A stretch of DNA of 63,656 nucleotides, counting the filler, from Chiloscyllium plagiosum (taxonomy: Eukaryota): assembly GCF_004010195.1 (NCBI RefSeq). It is 3 parts of one record of this genome, joined end to end, with 100 filler letters (N's around TTAATTAATTAA, not from the genome) between each part and the next. Parts side by side here need not be neighbours in the genome. Positions count along the whole stretch, not along the records: positions 1 to 15,067 come from NC_057714.1; 2 more parts are not named here. One strand, 5' to 3'. The notes under the pieces were generated by a model that ran no database searches, was not told the DNA's origin, and saw only the letters and a program-made list of their open reading frames with translations. The translations under genes and the position numbers were made by a program. Positions 1 to 10,060 of this stretch are shown here, one piece after another; position 1 is the first letter of the stretch; every line of letters starts with the position of its first letter.

Positions 1-410
1 TCGTAGTACTGGGAGTAATCCAGATATTACTACCCTTGAGGACCTCCTTTTTAAATTTCTGCCTAACTCTCTGTAATCTCCCTTCAGAGTCTCAACATTT
101 TCCCTTCCAATGTCGTTGGTTCCAATGCAGACAATGACCTCTTGCTGGCCCCTCTCCCCCGTGAGAACATTCTGCACCCTCTCTGAGACATCCTTGATCC
201 TGGCACCAGGGAAACAACACACCATTCTGCTTTTTCTCTGCTGGCCACAGAAACGTCTGTCTATACCTCTGGCTACAGAATCCCCTAACACAATTGATCT
301 CTTGGAAGCCGACGTACCCCTCGTTGCATTAGAGCCAGTCTCAATACCAGAAACTTGGCTGTTTGTGCTATGTTCCCCTGAGAATCCATCACCCCCTACA
401 TTTTCCAAAA
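1..410 (-). mobile_element. CR1/HER1 LINE ORF1 (SGNH-esterase-like) fragment
   Basis: Near-identical to ~15990-16398, whose minus-strand ORF has SIVLGDSVVRG...SPGARIKDV...VHIGTND esterase motifs typical of CR1 ORF1. Confidence 0.85.
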
Positions 411-702
411 AGACCCTGGTTCAGTTCCCGCCTCAGATGACTGTCTGTGTGGAGTTTGCACATTCTCCCCGTGTCTGCGTGGGATTCCTCTGGGTGCTCC
501 GGTTTCCTCCCACAATCCAAAGATGTGCAGTCAGGTGAATTGGCCATACTAAATTGCCCGTAGTGTTAAGTGAAGGGGTAAATATAAGGGAATGGGTCTG
601 GGTGGGTTGCGCTTCGTCAGGTCGGTGTGGACTTGTTGGGCCGAAGGGCCTGTTTCCACACTGTAAGTAATCTAATCTAATCTAAGGAATCTAATCTAAT
701 CT
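411..702 (+). mobile_element. HE1-type tRNA-derived SINE, 5'-truncated
   Basis: V-SINE core gtctgtgtggagtttgcacattctccccgtgtctgcgtggg; CR1-like tail gggccgaagggcctgtttccacactgt; (TAATC)n terminus. Confidence 0.9.
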
Positions 703-789
703 ATTTGAAATTGGTAGTTTTAAGGTACTTTTGCTGAAAAGTAGCACTCTTCATTTAAACGTTATAATGATTTTAAGAAAGTCTGTGCA

Positions 790-1400
790 AATCTTTTTGC
801 CTACTTCGGATGGTATTGGGTTAATACTTTATTCTGAAGTAGGGCAGAAGGAAAGTCCAAGTAGGTAAGATCTCCTAAGTAATTTGGAACATCGTAACAT
901 ATTCTCTGTTGCTCAATATTGCAGTGTGCTTTCAGTATCATCATTTTTCTTTCTTCTATCAGTGCTGACCTGACTAGATGCTGCAAAGTGATGTAAACGA
1001 ATACATATTAGTATCATGGGCCTTTTTGTGGTAGATGGTATGGTCCCCTTGGTGCCTGTATAAAATGGCTTTGGGACATCTTTGTGTTGATCGTCGCTCA
1101 ACCTCACCGTTTGAAGCTGTTGATTTCAGTTTGTGCAGGATATTCATTGTGGTTGAAAATTGGATTGCAGACTAGTATTTTTCATGTTGGTAAATACTTT
1201 ACCAGTCAATATCTAGGTAATTGAAATTCTTTTGATTAATGTTCTGATTTTTTTTTTTACTGACTTCCATGATATGTGAAAACTTTTCCTCATCTATTCT
1301 TTTCACTTTTTCCAAAGGTCAATAACAACCAAAATAATTATTTTCAATCTTTCATTCCACTTGATCTCAAACCACGATTGTGCTGGTTCGATCAATTTAT
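790..1400 (-). mobile_element. Possible ancient Penelope-like element remnant (RT C-terminus + GIY-YIG)
   Basis: Frameshifted minus-strand peptides NFNYLDI (~1208-1228), RCPKAILY/FYTG (~1050-1085) and MMILKAHCNIEQQRI occur in the order expected for PLE RT then GIY-YIG; heavily degraded. Confidence 0.35.
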
Positions 1401-2616
1401 CCTACATTCTAAAGGTACATGGACAGATATTTGTCTGGTTGCAACCAGACAGTGATTATAAATACTGCTTAGTATGCAATGCTGTTATATAGTGTGGTGG
1501 GGCATAAAACTTGCAGTCAATCTGAAACCACACGTCTTCTGCTTCTGCCCAAGACAGTTGTATTTCTCACAATATTTTCTTTGCTTCTGCTCTGATTTCT
1601 ACCGCTAATTTTTATCATAACTCTGATTTGTGGTGTCCATATCTTAGAATTGAATTGACATTCATCTTCTGGTTGAGCAGTATCTGATTTACTTCTTGCT
1701 GCATTACACTTTTCTTTTCAGTGAAGGTTTCTAATTTCACATTTGTGATATGGAGCTTTTCTCTGTCTTGTGTTTTGATTTTTTTTATAAACATACTTTT
1801 AATTTTATTACTGATTTGTTCTTGTGGAACTATAATAAAGTCTATATAAAAATCCAAAATAATGTATCCTTGTATGTCAGGTCTCCTGCCTACATATCAA
1901 TCCTGTTCCATGTGCTTAGGATTTTATTGACCTTATTATAGTGAGCTAACTTCCCAACCTCAAATAAAGCTAGCTCCGAAAGCTCTTGCTCATTGTAAAC
2001 AACTCGATGGATTCCTTGACACTGTAATCACACTAAAGCATGTCATTTCATAGTTATCAGTCACAGCTATCTGACCAAAAGCTTCAGAACTCACCTGGGC
2101 ATTTGCCAAAAGTTAGAACTAATCTGGAAAAGATTACAATTCTTTTCTCTCCTGAGCGAAATAAAGAAACATACTTTTGGACACCTCTAAATGAAGGGAT
2201 TAATATTTATTGTGTGTATATGAGTGCAGGTGTGGATGGAGTGATCAGATATCTGCTGACTGGCACAAACAGAATGTCTGAACTATTTTCAAGGTTGGGC
2301 TTCTCATTGACAAATTTGTCACCACTAAACAACCTCTGGCAGGCCTCTTGCCAACCATGGTGGGAGCTTAAGGAAGGGTCATGTACTTTATAACCAACAA
2401 ATTATGTTGTCAGCCAGCTAACTTTAGTTTTGTAAATTGCATGGACATTCACATCTGGGTTCTTGGAAAGTTCCCAGGATTGTGTATTGTTGATAAGCCT
2501 CAAGGGCATGTTCTCTAACCACTTTTTGTCTTAGCATTATCAGTCTCACATTTCAACTTGATAAGAGCTCCCTTTCCTCTTTGCATTCCTGGATTCATCA
2601 CTATCAAGAAAAGGTT

Positions 2617-2707
2617 ATGATCCTGATGAAGGAGCGTCGCTCCGAAAGCTAGTGTGCTTCCAATTAAACTTGTTGGACTATAACCTGGTGTTGTGTGATT
2701 TTTAACT
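2617..2707 (+). mobile_element. Penelope-like terminal-repeat fragment
   Basis: 11-bp TSD AAGAAAAGGTT at 2606-2616 and 2708-2718; same sequence recurs at 60126-60238. Confidence 0.8.
2623..2651 (+). ncRNA. Minimal hammerhead ribozyme core
   Basis: CTGATGA-A-GGAGC(GTC)GCTCC-GAAA-GC-TA: conserved core, 5-bp stem II, palindromic AGCT in place of stem III. Confidence 0.7.
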
Positions 2708-3160
2708 AAGAAAAGGTTGCTACTTTAAACTTTGTCTTTCTGATGGAAATTAAGTGTTGAGAGTGTTAAATGTCATATGATCGTTCAAAATAATATTGAG
2801 CACTTTTCCACATGTCTACGCCCGAAATCTGTAATGTTAGCATTAATGCTCAATGCTTCAAAAAATGCATTTACAGATAAACATTGCTGTTTCACTTAAA
2901 ATGTAGTTACTCAATTTATTTTTTAAAAAGTATGGACAGTGATGATGTGTGTGAGGTGATTTGTGTAAAGTTGATGAATAGAGGCCCAGGCTAACCGAGG
3001 TTATTCATTTACTGAAGATAAAATAACAAAAAAATATAATTTTAAGAATTTACTATTGCATATAGTAAACTCAGCAACATTCCATTTTTTTAAATAACTA
3101 ACCTGCTTTTTCAATCCAATATTTTATTTCTCACATTTTTTTGCTGTACGGTTCTTTTAG

Positions 3161-3214
3161 TACACTCTACTAAATTAATGCCAAGTCGGTCTGGAGGTGA
3201 ACAACACTCTGTTG
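3161..3214 (+). CDS. Putative 54-nt phase-1 symmetric internal exon of unidentified host gene (xHSTKLMPSRSGGEQHSV)
   Basis: Long pyrimidine tract + ttttAG acceptor ending at 3160, donor TTG/gtacga at 3214/3215, only one open frame, length divisible by 3, non-repetitive context. Confidence 0.55.
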
Positions 3215-3689
3215 GTACGAAAAGAAATGGTTTTTGTTTTGTTCTCTGAAGGTCAAAACCACTGAAGTGAAGAAACTTGAAGTGAGATGACATAGATTCT
3301 CCTTCAGTTAAAAAAAAAACGATCGTTCTGGAATATGTTGTGCATCAAAGAAGAATATAAAGTCTTACTCGGCGCAGATTGTGTTCTTCTTTGCTGAGAT
3401 GAAATATACTATTAGCTACTGTTGAAGCAATAATTTCACAGAAAGTGCATTGTACAATAGTCCAATTTGCAGTTCATCACTGTTTGCTAAACTAAGCATT
3501 TTTTGTTTTTTTTGTTATTGAATTGTGCATGGGGTCCACTAAACAAATGTGAATCAAGCACACATCTCTCTGGATATCGATTTTAGGGAAGCAATTAAGA
3601 AAATTGCAAGAGGGGCTATATATGTAGATATGTCAGCTGTTTTGTTGAAAGCAGTAAAGAATATTTTAAATTTGTGATTTTGTACAATC

Positions 3690-4430
3690 AGAAGACATAG
3701 GAACTGAAGTCAGCCAATTGGTCCATCCAGTCTACTCAGCCATTCAATAACATTATGGTTAATCTGATAATCCTGAAGTACATTTTCCTGCCTTATCCCC
3801 ATAATCTTTGATTCCCTTAAGGATTAGAATTCTGTCCATCTTAACCTTGAGAATACCTAATGACCTAGCCTTGACAGTACTCTGCAGTAAAGAAGTCCAT
3901 AGATTCATTCCCTCTGCGAGAGGGATGACATGGTGGCTCAGTGGTTAGCACTGCTGCCTCACCGCACCAAGGACCCAGGTTCAGTTCCAGCCTTGGGTGA
4001 CTGTCTGTTTGTGTGGAGTTTGCACATTCTTCCCGTGTCTGCGTGGGTTTCCTTGGGTGCTCCAGTTTCCTCCCGCAGTCCAAAAATGTGCAAGTCAGGT
4101 GAGTTGGCCATGCAAAATTGCCCGTAGTGTTAGGTGCTTTAGTCAGAGGAAAATGGGTCTGGGTGGGTTGCTCTTTGGAGGGTTGTTGTGGAGTTGTTAG
4201 GCCGAAGGGCCTGTTTCCACACTGTTGGGAATCTAATCAGAAGAAATTACTCCTAATTTTTGTATTACACAGGTGAACCCTTATTCTGAGATTACATCTC
4301 TGGTTCTAGAGTCTCTCACAACATGTCTTGTCAAAATGCTAAGAATCAGATGAGGTCTGAATAGTGCCATGTACGATTTTCATAAGATCTCTTTATTTTT
4401 ATATTTCATTCCCTTTGTAATAAAGGCTAA
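3690..4430 (-). mobile_element. Old CR1 3' fragment interrupted by an HE1 SINE
   Basis: Degenerate reverse complement of CR1 3' UTR/ORF2 end on both sides of the SINE. Confidence 0.65.
3922..4238 (+). mobile_element. HE1 SINE, full length
   Basis: A box tggctcagtgg, B-box-like ggttcagttcc, V-domain core, CR1-derived tail ending gggaatctaatc. Confidence 0.92.
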
Positions 4431-5620
4431 TAGGATGGAAGACCAGTGCTAACCAGCCAAATGCAGACAATGCTGATTGGAGAAGAAAGAGCCAGTTCTG
4501 ATTAGGTTTTTTAGCAGGAGGCAGTGTAATTTTTGGAGGCTTCAGAAAACTGCAGTTGTGTTTTACTCTCCAGTTTCTTGTCCATTTTTTGAATTGTTGA
4601 ACATTCTGGTAAAAAGAATCCTAGCGTGTAAAAAAAAAAGTGAATATTTTTAGGAGTCTGCTGAAACTGTTTGCATCAATTGGTGACTCTGGAATTCATG
4701 CAAGATACTTGCCTGTAAGCATTTCATGGAGGCCTGGTATCTGTTGTTTGAAAATATTTATTGAACTAGCAAATTAAAATTCTATTTTTGTTCTAATTTA
4801 TCCCTTAACTGTGTCTGTCTCAGTGGGGGTAATGAATGCATTTTAGATAGTAAATATTTAGATTATCTTTTTGCTTATTTGCATTCTGATAAAATTATAT
4901 TAATAAATTGTCAATTTTGGTTAAGTTTAAATTTGGTGTTCAAGATGATTCTGGTTTAGAACATTTGGTTAATTTGAAAGGTCATAGGTTTAATTTCACT
5001 GTGTTGTGAATCCAGTTATAGCGATGTTGATTTGCTTTGGCTTGCTGTCCTGGTGTTGTATTAATGTCCATAAAACCAATGAAAGCAATAAACTGCCACA
5101 GAGACAAATTTTAAGTCTTCTCAGGAAATAGGGGGACAGGTTCCATATTTAAAGATATGGGAAGGTTGACTTTACCACTAATTCCACTTTAAAGATTGAG
5201 ACAAAGATACTCTAAATAGCTTATACTGGATTATCAATATAGTTTACTTTACATCCTACATGTTGAATATCTAAAAAGAATTTAAGATGGATTTAAAGCA
5301 TGCACACATTTAAAGTGGAATCAAGTTGTAACTGTGCTTGATTGACTAATACTATTGCATGGCATTTAGGAAATACAGGACTGAGTATTTACTGTCCTTA
5401 CAGTAGTCACTGTCTGCATAAGTTACTGTTTGAATATTATATTCTATAGGAATGAATACCTTACCATAATGTAATTTAGAATCAGTTCTTATTCAATATT
5501 CATAAGCCGTTATACAAAAAATTATCTTCTTGTGAGCTCACATCTAGATAACAATATCTTAGCAATTAGAATCCTGAGTTAATTCTAAAAATTTGATTCT
5601 GCAGTAATTGACCCTTTAGA

Positions 5621-6027
5621 TATAAGACCATAAAACACAGGAAATAGGAACAGAAGGAGGCCATTGGCCCCTTGAGCCTGCTCCGTGATTCAATAGGATT
5701 ATGACAGATTCAATATTATTCTTCACCTCCCTTTTCCCATAACTCCTGATTTCGCTGATCAATCAAGAATCTGTCTCAGCCTTAAGTATGGATCCATATA
5801 GCACATAAAGACTCTTCATTCCAACTCATCTGAGCTGACCAGGCATCCCAATCTGATTTTGTCCCATTTGCCAGCATTTGGCCGATATGCCTCTTAACTC
5901 TTCCTGTTCATAAACCCACCCGATGTGTTTGAGATGTTATAATTCTACCCAACTCCTCCTCCACCTCTTGCAGCATGTTCCATGCACGCAGCCACTTCTG
6001 TGAAAAAGAGAGCCCTCAGGTCCTCCT
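5621..6027 (-). mobile_element. Two old CR1 3' fragments
   Basis: Reverse-complement CR1 3' UTR motifs (taagaccata tail; gtcccatttgccagcatttggcc); the second continues after 7860. Confidence 0.7.
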
Positions 6028-7860
6028 TAAATAGAATTAAGGAGAATCCAAAGGGTTTTTACAAATATACTAAGGACAAAAGGGTGACTAGGGAGAGATT
6101 AGGGCCCCTCAAAGATCAGCAAGGCGACCTTTGTGTGGAGCCACAGAAAATGGGGGAGATACTAAATGAGAATTTTGCATCAGTATTTACTGTGGAAAAG
6201 GATATGGAAGATATAGAATGTAGGGAAATAGAGGGTGACATCTTGCAAAATGTCCAGATTACAGAGGAGGAAGTGCTGGATGTTTTGAAACAGTTAAAAG
6301 TAGATAAAACCCCAGGACCTGAACAGGTGTACCTGAGAACTCAGTGGGAAGTTAGAGAAGGGATTGCTGGGCCTCTTGCTGAGATATTTGTATCATTGAT
6401 AGTCACAGGTGAGATGCCGGAAGACTGGAGGTTGGCCACTGTATAAGAAGGGTGGTAAAGACAAGCCAGGGAACAATAGACCGGTGAGCCTGACCTCAAT
6501 GGTGGGCAAGTTGTTGGAGGGAATCCTGAGGGACAGGATGTACATGTATTTGGAAAGGCAAGGACTGATTCGGGACAGTCAGCATGGCTTTGTGCGTGGG
6601 AAATCATGTCTCATAAATTTGATTGAGTTTTTTGAATAAGTAACAAAGAAGATTGATAAGGCAGAGCGGTAGATGTGATCTATATGGCCTTCAGTAAGGC
6701 ATTTGACAAGGTTCCCCATAGGAGACTGATTAGCAAGGTTAGATCTCATGGAATACAGGGAGAACTAGCCATTTGGATACAGAACTGGCTCAAAGGTAGA
6801 AGACAGACGGTGCTGGTGGAGGGCTGTTTTTCAGACTGGAGGCCTGTGACCAGTGGAGTGCCACAAGGATCGGTGCTGGGCCCTCTACTTTTTGTCATTT
6901 ACATAAATGATTTGGATGTGAGCATAAGAGGTAAAGTTAGTAAGTTTGCAGATGACACCAAAATTGGAAGTGTAGTGGATAGCGAAGAGGGTTACCTCCG
7001 ATTACAACAGGATTTGGACCAGATCAGTCAATGGGCTGAGAAGTGGCAGATGGAGTTTAATTCAGATAAATGCGAGGTGCTGCATTTTGGGAAGCAAATT
7101 TTAGGAGGACTTATACACTTAATGGTAAGGTCCTATGGAGTGTTGCTGAACAAAGAGACCTTGGAGTGCAGGTTCATAGCTCCTTGAAAGTGGAGTCGCG
7201 TGTAGATAGGATAATGAAGAAGGTGTTTGGCATGCTTTTCTTTATTGGTCAGAGTATTGAGTATAGGGAGGTCATGTTGTGGTTGTACAGGACATTGGTC
7301 AGGCCACTGTTGGAATATTGTGTGCAAGTCTGGTCTCCTTCCTATTGGAAAGATGTTGTGAAACTTGAAAGGGTTCAGAAAAGATTTACAAGGATGTTGC
7401 CAGGGTTGGAGGATTTGAGTTACAGGGAGAGGCTGAACAGGCTGGGGCTGTTTTCCCTGAAGCATCGGAGGCTGAGGAGTGACCTTATAGAGGTTTACAA
7501 AATTGAGGGGCATGGATAGGATAAATAGACAGTCTTTTCCCTGGGATCAGGGAGTCCAAAACTAGAGGGCGTAGGCTTAGGGTGAGAGGGGAAAGAGATA
7601 AAAAGAGACCTAAAGGGCAACTTTTTCACACAGAGGGTGGTACGTGTGTGGAATGAGCTGCCAGAGGATGTGGTGGAGGCTGGTAAAATTGCAACATTTA
7701 AGAGGCATTTTTAGTGGGTATATGAATAGGAAGGGTTTGGAGGGATATGGGCCGGGTGCTGGCAGGTGGGACTAGATTGGGTTGGGATATCTAGTCGGCA
7801 TAGACGGGTTGGACCGAAGGGTCTGTTCCGTGCTGTACATCTCTATGACTCTATGACTCT
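6028..7860 (+). mobile_element. CR1/HER1 LINE, 5'-truncated, ORF2 reverse transcriptase pseudogene
   Basis: Frameshifted ORFs with NRPVSLTS, QHGF, FSKAFDKVPH, GVPQGSVLGP, KFADDTK; 3' tail (ctctatga)n. Confidence 0.95.
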
Positions 7861-8790
7861 AAATCTTTCCTTTTCTCACCTTAAACATACACCCTCTAGT
7901 TTTGGACTTCCCCAACACTAGGAAAAGGACTGTGGGTATTCACCCTATTCATGCCCCTTATGATTTTATAAATGTCTATAAGGTCACCCCTCAACCTTTG
8001 ACGCTCCAGTAAAAATGCTGCAGTCTATTCAATCTCTGTCTCTAACTCAGACCATCTAATCGCAGCAACATCCTTGAAAATGTTTTCTACACCCTCTCAA
8101 GTTTCACAATATCCTTCTTTTAGTAGAATGACCAAAATTGTATGCAGTATTCTAAAAGTGGGCCTCACCAATGTCCTGTACAGACACGATGCCCCAACTG
8201 CTATACTCAATGTTCTCATCAATGAAGGCAATCGTGACAAATGCCACCTTCACCACCATGGCAAAAGTGAGGACTGCAGATGCTGGAAACTAGAGTTTAG
8301 ATCAGAGTGGTGCTGGAAAAGCGCAGAAGGTCAGGCAGCATCTGAGGAGCAGGAAATCGACATTTCTGGCAAAAGCCCTTCATCAGGATTCTGATGAAAG
8401 GCTTTTGCCCAAAACATCAATTTTCCTGCTCCTCGGATGCTGCCTGACCTGCTGTGCTTTTCCAGCACCATTCTGATCTAAACCATGCTTTCACCACTAT
8501 GTTTACCTGTGACTCCACTTTCAAGGAATTATGCATCTGCATCCCGAGGTCTCTTGGTTTGGCAATGCTTCCAGGGTCCTACCATTAACTCTATAACTTC
8601 TATCCTGGTTTGCCTTAACAAAATGCAATACCTCACATTTATCTAAATTAAACTCTATCTGACAATCCTCAGCCCATTGGCCCATCCAATCAATGTCCTG
8701 TTGTACTCTGAGATAATCTTTTTGGTGTCATCTGCAAACTTATGAACCATATTTCCTGTATTCTCATCCAAAGCATTTATATAAAGTGAC
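7861..8790 (-). mobile_element. Old CR1 ORF2 3' fragment (host of the 6028-7860 and 8261-8483 insertions)
   Basis: Minus-strand KFADDTK (ORF 8655-8855); continuous with 5815-6027. Confidence 0.75.
8261..8483. mobile_element. Palindromic Penelope-terminus element with two opposed hammerhead cores
   Basis: Inverted arms; minus core 8359-8386 CTGATGAAGGGCTTTTGCCAGAAATGTC; plus core from 8391 with GAAA decayed to AAAA; imperfect flanking duplication ttcaccac(c/t)atg. Confidence 0.8.
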
Positions 8791-9676
8791 CAAAAAATAT
8801 ATTCAAGGACTCTTTTCCCACTTTCACTGTGGCAAGAAATTCCAAAGACACTCAACCCTCTGAAAGAAGAAATTTCTCCTCATCTCTGCCCTTGTAATAT
8901 TTTTTTTAATCTTTTATGACCTTTTTAGTCCTCCTTTGCTGGACTTTGAATTTATCCAAGTCTTCGGGCTATCACTGACTTTTACCACCTCATATACTTT
9001 TTCTTTCAACTTCACACTATCCTTAAACTTTCTTGATTAACCTTTTTTGGTTTATCTCTGTCTTAGAATTTTTCTTCCTTACTGGGATGCATTTTTGTAT
9101 ATTCTATCCTGTGATAATTCTGCTGGCTTGGTACCTTCTGGGGATAGAATATTACATTACCAGGCCAAATCTACAGCTGGCAAAATTCTTTAAGTTCCTT
9201 TGATAATCTTAAATTTCTCTTGGATGAACTTTTAAACTGACCGGTTTAAATTGTTAGGATTTCCTTGCCAGAGTTGAGGGGGTAAATACCATAAAATCAT
9301 CAACAGGACAAAATCATATGGCTTATTAAAATTATTAGACCCTTTTAATATGATCATGGCGGATTATTTGAAATCATAGCCATAATCGTAGATTACATTG
9401 ATGATAATTTTTGATGAGAAAGCATGGAATACGTGATTCCCTCTGCAGCTCCCATCCAGGAGCCAATTTATAGCCTAAGGCTATGCCACAACTTCCACAT
9501 AAAGGTCAGTCCATAGTACTGTGGAAACAAAGTAATCAGAGCTCATTCTGCACCCTGCAAGTAATGATTACTTCACAATTGATGAAAAATAATGGGCTAG
9601 ATTTTCTGAAGAGTGGCAATCACATGCAGACTGTCACTCTGCTGATTGCTACTCAACTCCCTTTCCTTTCAACGGA

Positions 9677-10060
9677 AGAAATGCTCTGCATTTCTAAAGG
9701 ACTATACTGGTCAGGACTCCTTCAGAAATGCAGAGCCCAGCTGGTGGAGGAGCAGAGATTGGGTTCGATGGTGGGGGAGAATAGTGTCAGGTTTCGACTG
9801 GTCATGGGAAAGGATATCAGGAACTTGGTAGGGATGATGTTTGAGTCCTGCAACAGAATAAGTTAAAGAGAAATGCTCTGCATTTCTAAAGAACTATACT
9901 GGTCAGGACTCCTTCAGAAATGCAGAGCCCAGCTGGTGGAGGAGCAGAGGTTGGGTTCGATGGTGGGGGAGAATAGTGTCAGGTTTCGACTGGTCATGGG
10001 AAAGGATGTCAGGAACTTGGTAGGGATGATGTTTGAGTCCTGCAACAGAATAAGTTAAAG
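9677..10060 (+). repeat. 192-bp direct tandem duplication
   Basis: Units start at 9677 and 9869, about 3 mismatches; ends at a CR1 boundary. Confidence 0.9.

Noticed and set aside
110..538. 142-aa and 132-aa (16105-16503) paralogous + strand ORFs
   Set aside because: Antisense readings of CR1 ORF1, the first running into a SINE
640..665. HE1 SINE 3' tail shared with CR1/HER1 LINE tails
   Set aside because: Real but a long-established SINE-LINE partnership, not novel
9677..10060. Tandem duplications of 192, 164 (14622-14949) and 142 bp (63095-63379) as a functional repeat system
   Set aside because: Read-length-scale, near-identical and each at a repeat boundary; most likely gap-closing or haplotype-overlap artefacts (raw reads would decide)
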